From NCBI GenBank assembly GCA_963695545.1, contig OY968796.1:4000001-4064000 (forward strand): a DNA stretch of 64,000 bases. Reading direction: 5' to 3'. Both the position numbers and the translations under genes were made by a program. The notes below the pieces were generated by a model that was not told the DNA's origin, did no database searches, and worked only from the letters and a program-made list of their open reading frames with translations. This document shows positions 59,584 to 64,000 of this stretch, one piece after another; the stretch's first letter is position 1, and every line of letters starts with the position of its first letter. The stretch comes from Terriglobia bacterium. GTDB lineage: Bacteria > Acidobacteriota > Terriglobia > Acidiferrales > UBA7541.

Positions 59584-59750
59584 AGCCAGACCTCCTCGGC
59601 TCGCTTAGGAAACGCCGCCCCTCAAGATCCGTGGGTTGGGTCGGGAATAAGCTCGTGGCCGCATGAAACTCAGCAATCGTTTTCTCAAACAGGCTAGATA
59701 TAGCGCGTGAAATGCTCGGCGTCAAACTTTAGCTGTAATCGATTTCCCGG

Positions 59751-61316
59751 ATGCAGTATCCTTTCCCTGCAGAGATGCCAGTTCGACCAGTAGCTATGAT
59801 CGCTCCCTTGAGAACCCTGGGCCTCGCAATCATTCTGTTGGCTTGCCAATCTGTAGCCTTTTCTCAGACCAGTCGGACCCAAATAGGGCCCATCACGTCC
59901 GCGCTCGACGCCAAAGACTATGACAGGGCGGTCGAACTCACACGCGCTGCGCTGCAGCAATCGCCCAACAATGCGCAATTGTGGACGCTCGAAGGCATTG
60001 CCCTGATTAGCAAAGGTGATGGCAAAGACGCTCTGGTTGCCTTCCAGCGAGCGCTGAAAATTTCTCCAAACGACATCGCGGCGCTGGCCGGAGCCAGTCA
60101 GATCGAATACCAAACCGGGAACCAGGCAGCCGTGCCGCTCCTGAGTCACTTGCTCCAATTGCGTCCAGACGATCCCACCGCCAACGCCATGCTGGCAGTC
60201 CTCGAGTATCGCCAGGGGAATTGCGCCGCTGCGGTCCCACATTTCGCGAAAGCTGGCGACCTGCTCGATTCTCAGATCGACGCCTTGCACGCTTACGCCA
60301 CGTGCCTTGTGAAACTGAAGCGGCTCGATGACGCTGTCACGACTTTCGAGAAAGCCGTGGCCCTCCGCCCGGACGACCCGCGCGAACGCAGCGTCCTGGC
60401 ATCCATCCAGCTGATGGACGGCAAGCCGAAGGACGCACTTGTGACGCTGCAACCGTTGCTCGATTCTCAGAATGCGGATTCCGATACGCTCCAGCTTGCT
60501 TCCACCGCCTACGAAGACACCGGCGACACTCCGCAGGCAGTGGCTTTACTCAGGCAGGCAATTATGATCGACCCGAAAAACCCCGGCCCTTATTTGGATT
60601 TCGCCAACATTTGTTTCAATCACCAATCATTTCAAGTCGGTATCGACGTGATCACGGACGGTCTGTCGGTGCAGCCAAACTCCGATGACCTCTACGTGGC
60701 GCGCGGCGTCCTGTACGTGCAACTGGCCCAATACGACAAGGCCGAAGCCGACTTTGAGAAAGCCTACGAGTTGAATCCGAACCAGTCCTTGAGTATCGCC
60801 GCTCAAGGCTTGGTCGCTGTTCAGGCCAATGATCTCGATCACGCGCTGACGTCCATTCAGGAAAAATTGCAGCGCAAACCGAACGATCCCGTTCTGCTCT
60901 ATTTGCAGGCGGACATCCTTTCGCAGAAAGGCGTTGCTCCGGGCACGCCCGAGTTTCAACTGGCCATGAGCTCGGCAAAAAAAGCGGTAAGCGTGGATCC
61001 CACGCTGGGCGACGCTCGCGTGGTGCTGGCAAAACTCGAGATGCAAACCGGACAGTATCAGGACGCGATCGCGCAGTGCAGGAAGGTGCTGGTCAGCAAT
61101 CCCGACGATCAAACCGCAGTGTACCGCCTGATTCAAGCGTTGCGGAAAACCGGACAAACGCAAGAAATTCCAGAGTTGCTGCAACGTCTCGCAAAGATGC
61201 GTGAACAAACCACACAGGATGATCGGGAGCGCTCCCGTTACCATTTATTTGAAGACGACTCACCAACAGGCGACACTCCGGCAGCCGGCGCACCGACGCC
61301 CACGAGCCAGCCTTAG
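59751..61316 (+). CDS. Secreted multi-TPR protein
   Basis: Signal peptide and tandem TPRs throughout; start uncertain. Confidence 0.85.
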   Translation: MQYPFPAEMPVRPVAMIAPLRTLGLAIILLACQSVAFSQTSRTQIGPITSALDAKDYDRAVELTRAALQQSPNNAQLWTLEGIALISKGDGKDALVAFQRALKISPNDIAALAGASQIEYQTGNQAAVPLLSHLLQLRPDDPTANAMLAVLEYRQGNCAAAVPHFAKAGDLLDSQIDALHAYATCLVKLKRLDDAVTTFEKAVALRPDDPRERSVLASIQLMDGKPKDALVTLQPLLDSQNADSDTLQLASTAYEDTGDTPQAVALLRQAIMIDPKNPGPYLDFANICFNHQSFQVGIDVITDGLSVQPNSDDLYVARGVLYVQLAQYDKAEADFEKAYELNPNQSLSIAAQGLVAVQANDLDHALTSIQEKLQRKPNDPVLLYLQADILSQKGVAPGTPEFQLAMSSAKKAVSVDPTLGDARVVLAKLEMQTGQYQDAIAQCRKVLVSNPDDQTAVYRLIQALRKTGQTQEIPELLQRLAKMREQTTQDDRERSRYHLFEDDSPTGDTPAAGAPTPTSQP

Positions 61317-61427
61317 GCACCGCCTGGAAGTCTTTTCGCGGAGCGATCGCATGAATTTCGAGAAACTCTTTGCTCGCGCCGTGCATCTGCCACAATTGCC
61401 AGTCGAGGTCACCGTGCCACGAATAGG

Positions 61428-63200
61428 ATGTCCGTCGGAATGATCTACTCGCGTCGTTCGTTCATGGGCCTTTTCCTCGGATCGGCGATCGGTTTGACCG
61501 CGCAACGACTCCTTGGGCAAGGCGTAGCGGCGCACCAAGCTACGCCGGTTCCCCGGCAAGCGCCGTCCGGTCGCCCATTCAACGCGCACTTTGTCGACGT
61601 CGCGGCGGCGGCCGGACTGCATTCGCCGACAATCTACGGCGGTGTGGAGACCAAGAAATATATTCTGGAGTCGGTTGGATGCGGTTGCGCATTCATCGAC
61701 TACGATAACGATGGTTGGATGGATCTTTTTTTGCTTTGCGGCACTCGTCTTGAAGGCGCTCCGGCGGACGCAACCAACCGGCTGTACAAAAATAATCGCG
61801 ACGGCACGTTCACCGACGTCACCGAAAAAGCAGGTCTCCACGCAGTCGGTTGGGCTTCCGGAGTTTGCGTGGGCGACTACAACAACGACGGTTTTGAAGA
61901 CATGTTTTGCACCTACTTCGGACACAACAGACTCTACCGCAACAATGGTGACGGTACCTTTACGGAAGTGACCGAGGCCGCGGGGCTTTTGGGCGATCCC
62001 ACGCGCTGGGGCGCGGGTTGCAGCTTTGTAGACTACAACCGCGATGGGCATCTGGATTTGTTCGTCTCGAACTATGTTCATTTCGATCTGGAACATGCGC
62101 CGGTTCCCGGCGCGAACCCGAACTGCAATTGGAAAGGGATTTCCGTGGAGTGTGGACCACTCGGGCTTCCCACCGGGCGGCATTCGCTCTATAGAAACAA
62201 CGGCGACGGGACGTTTACCGACGTCAGCCAACAGTCAGGCATCGCGAAGGCCACAGGGTGCTATGGCATGACCGTGGTCGCGGCGGACTTGGATGAAGAC
62301 GGGTGGACTGATATCTATGTGGCCTGCGATTCCACTCCCAGTTTGCTGTTCATGAACAATCATGACGGAACGTTCCGCGAAGAGGGCGTGCTGCGCGGTG
62401 TCGCGCTCAGCGACGACGGCGAAGAGCAGGCGGGGATGGGTGTCGGAATTGGCGATTACGCTCTCGAAGGACATCTGGATCTCTTCAAGACGCACTTCGC
62501 AGACGACGCCAACGGGCTATACCACAATGACGGTAAGGGATATTTCGATGATGTCACCAGCACGTCCCGCGTTGGGGTGGAGACGCGTTATGTCTGCTGG
62601 GGCGATGGAATCGTCGATCTCGATAACGATGGGCATCCGGATTTGTTTATGGTTACCGGGAACGTTTATCCGGAGATTGAACGGACGCTGCCTCAATATC
62701 CGAACAAGGGACCCCGCGCGGTATTCCGCAATCTGGGGAACGGCACCTTCGAGGAGCTGATCGATGCTGCCGGACCCGGAGTTGCGGATGCGCATTGCAG
62801 CCGCGGCTGCGCGTTTGGGGATTTCGACAATGACGGCGACGTCGACATGCTGATCATCAACTTGAACGAGAACCCATCACTTCTGCGCAACGATATTCGC
62901 GGAAAACAGAATTGGATCAAGGTGAAGCTGGAGGGAGTGAAGTCCAATCGAAGCGCGATCGGGGCCCGGGTGCTGGCTCATTATGGCGGGAAAACGCAGG
63001 CTCAGTGCGTTGTCAGTCAATCGAGCTTCTATTCTTGCAACGATACTCGCCTGCATTTCGGACTCGGAAACTATACTGCCGTCGGCGTAGATGTGCATTG
63101 GCCGAGCGGTCTTGTGGAATCCTTTAAGAGCCTTCCGATCAATCAGCTGATTACACTGCGAGAGGGAGTTGGCAAGGTGCCGAACCGCGGGTGGTCGTAA
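61428..63200 (+). CDS. CRTAC1-family protein (FG-GAP repeats plus ASPIC/UnbV domain), Tat-like signal
   Basis: SRRSFMG; repeated DYDNDG.DL/YRNNGDGTFTDV; SNRSAIGARV..LHFGLG..WPSG. Confidence 0.92.
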   Translation: MSVGMIYSRRSFMGLFLGSAIGLTAQRLLGQGVAAHQATPVPRQAPSGRPFNAHFVDVAAAAGLHSPTIYGGVETKKYILESVGCGCAFIDYDNDGWMDLFLLCGTRLEGAPADATNRLYKNNRDGTFTDVTEKAGLHAVGWASGVCVGDYNNDGFEDMFCTYFGHNRLYRNNGDGTFTEVTEAAGLLGDPTRWGAGCSFVDYNRDGHLDLFVSNYVHFDLEHAPVPGANPNCNWKGISVECGPLGLPTGRHSLYRNNGDGTFTDVSQQSGIAKATGCYGMTVVAADLDEDGWTDIYVACDSTPSLLFMNNHDGTFREEGVLRGVALSDDGEEQAGMGVGIGDYALEGHLDLFKTHFADDANGLYHNDGKGYFDDVTSTSRVGVETRYVCWGDGIVDLDNDGHPDLFMVTGNVYPEIERTLPQYPNKGPRAVFRNLGNGTFEELIDAAGPGVADAHCSRGCAFGDFDNDGDVDMLIINLNENPSLLRNDIRGKQNWIKVKLEGVKSNRSAIGARVLAHYGGKTQAQCVVSQSSFYSCNDTRLHFGLGNYTAVGVDVHWPSGLVESFKSLPINQLITLREGVGKVPNRGWS

Positions 63201-63279
63201 CGCGACGGAGTTTTGTAGAACGATCTCTCTCTCCCTTCATTTCTTTTCCTCTCTTCACCTCTTTCCAATTTCGTTCGAC

Positions 63280-64000
63280 TTACAGCTTTGAAGCGACGCG
63301 CTCGACTCCGGACGTCGCGGCCGGGGTCCAGATTTCCATCGCACTGGGTTCGCGATTGGCCCAGGCGTAATAGGGGATGTAGGTGAGCCGGACAGTGCGG
63401 CCAGATCGCGCGTCGGCTTCGTGATCCTGGTAAGGGCCGTATAGCGTGCCGGCGCTGGGTCTGGAGTCTGGCGAGGCGTGCGGCGACTGCGCCTCGGTGA
63501 CTACGCCGTCTCGATGCAGCACGAGGATCCCGCCGAGGAGATCTGGTTTGAATTCACTGGTGAATTCGGCGCCGGGTTTCATGCTGACCGCGAGTGAATT
63601 ATCGGTGAGGTCGACTTCGGTCGGCTGATCGAGTTGCTCGAGGCAATAGACCAAGGGGCCGCGCTGGATGGCGACGCGTCCGGTGTCGTCGGCGACGTGG
63701 GGATTGGCTGAGAGCGGTTGTGGCGTCATGGGGAATCGCACTTGAATTACATCGCCTGAAGACCAGTGGCGATGAATCGGGAGATACGTACCTGCCGTTG
63801 CGCCCGCCACGGACTTGCCGTTGACGGCGACGCGTGTGCCATCGCCGGCCCAGCCGGGAATGCGCAGATAAAACGTGAAGTCAGTTGGCTGGGCAGGGGC
63901 CACGGTGATTTCAACGTCGCCATCCCAGGGCATGCTGGTTTTTTGCGTGACTTTGATAGGCGTGCCGTCTTCGAGATGCCAATCGAAGGTGGAATTGTCG
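63280..64000 (-). CDS. GH127-family glycosidase, C-terminal part (runs off the window)
   Basis: PWDG.V, LRIPGW, QRGPLVYCLE, IPYYAWANRE..MEIW. Confidence 0.85.
   Translation of the reverse strand, partial: DNSTFDWHLEDGTPIKVTQKTSMPWDGDVEITVAPAQPTDFTFYLRIPGWAGDGTRVAVNGKSVAGATAGTYLPIHRHWSSGDVIQVRFPMTPQPLSANPHVADDTGRVAIQRGPLVYCLEQLDQPTEVDLTDNSLAVSMKPGAEFTSEFKPDLLGGILVLHRDGVVTEAQSPHASPDSRPSAGTLYGPYQDHEADARSGRTVRLTYIPYYAWANREPSAMEIWTPAATSGVERVASKL

Overview
GC-rich bacterial chromosome segment, most likely from an Acidobacteriota member. This assignment is inferred from gene content: tandem lepB-lepB-rnc, a PD40 Ser/Thr kinase, TPR/CRTAC1 genes and GTCATC-type repeats. 1-22 kb is mostly housekeeping and envelope genes: degenerate ribBA, comEA-like, an M16 peptidase pair, GT2, uvrB, a Bsr-like racemase, AsmA with two secreted unknowns, lepB x2, rnc, TPR proteins and an ECF sigma/anti-sigma pair. 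24.2-27.4 kb is a dense field of palindromic repeats enclosing two compositionally atypical orphan genes. 27.6-33.7 kb holds a PilZ-like/TonB protein, tRNA-Ala(GGC) and an orphan pilB-pilZ-pilT operon with c-di-GMP-binding motifs. Next come a candidate sigma54/IHF-driven structured sRNA (~34.1-34.3 kb), a csoR-copA unit, an aminotransferase and a lytic transglycosylase. 43.7-64 kb is a sugar-utilisation region (GH115, LacI, galM, isomerase, araB, two GH127) interleaved with a 9-CxxCH multiheme-TPR fusion, a TPR protein and a CRTAC1/ASPIC-UnbV protein. No CRISPR array, integrase or transposase was seen. All calls come from reading motifs by eye; no searches were run.
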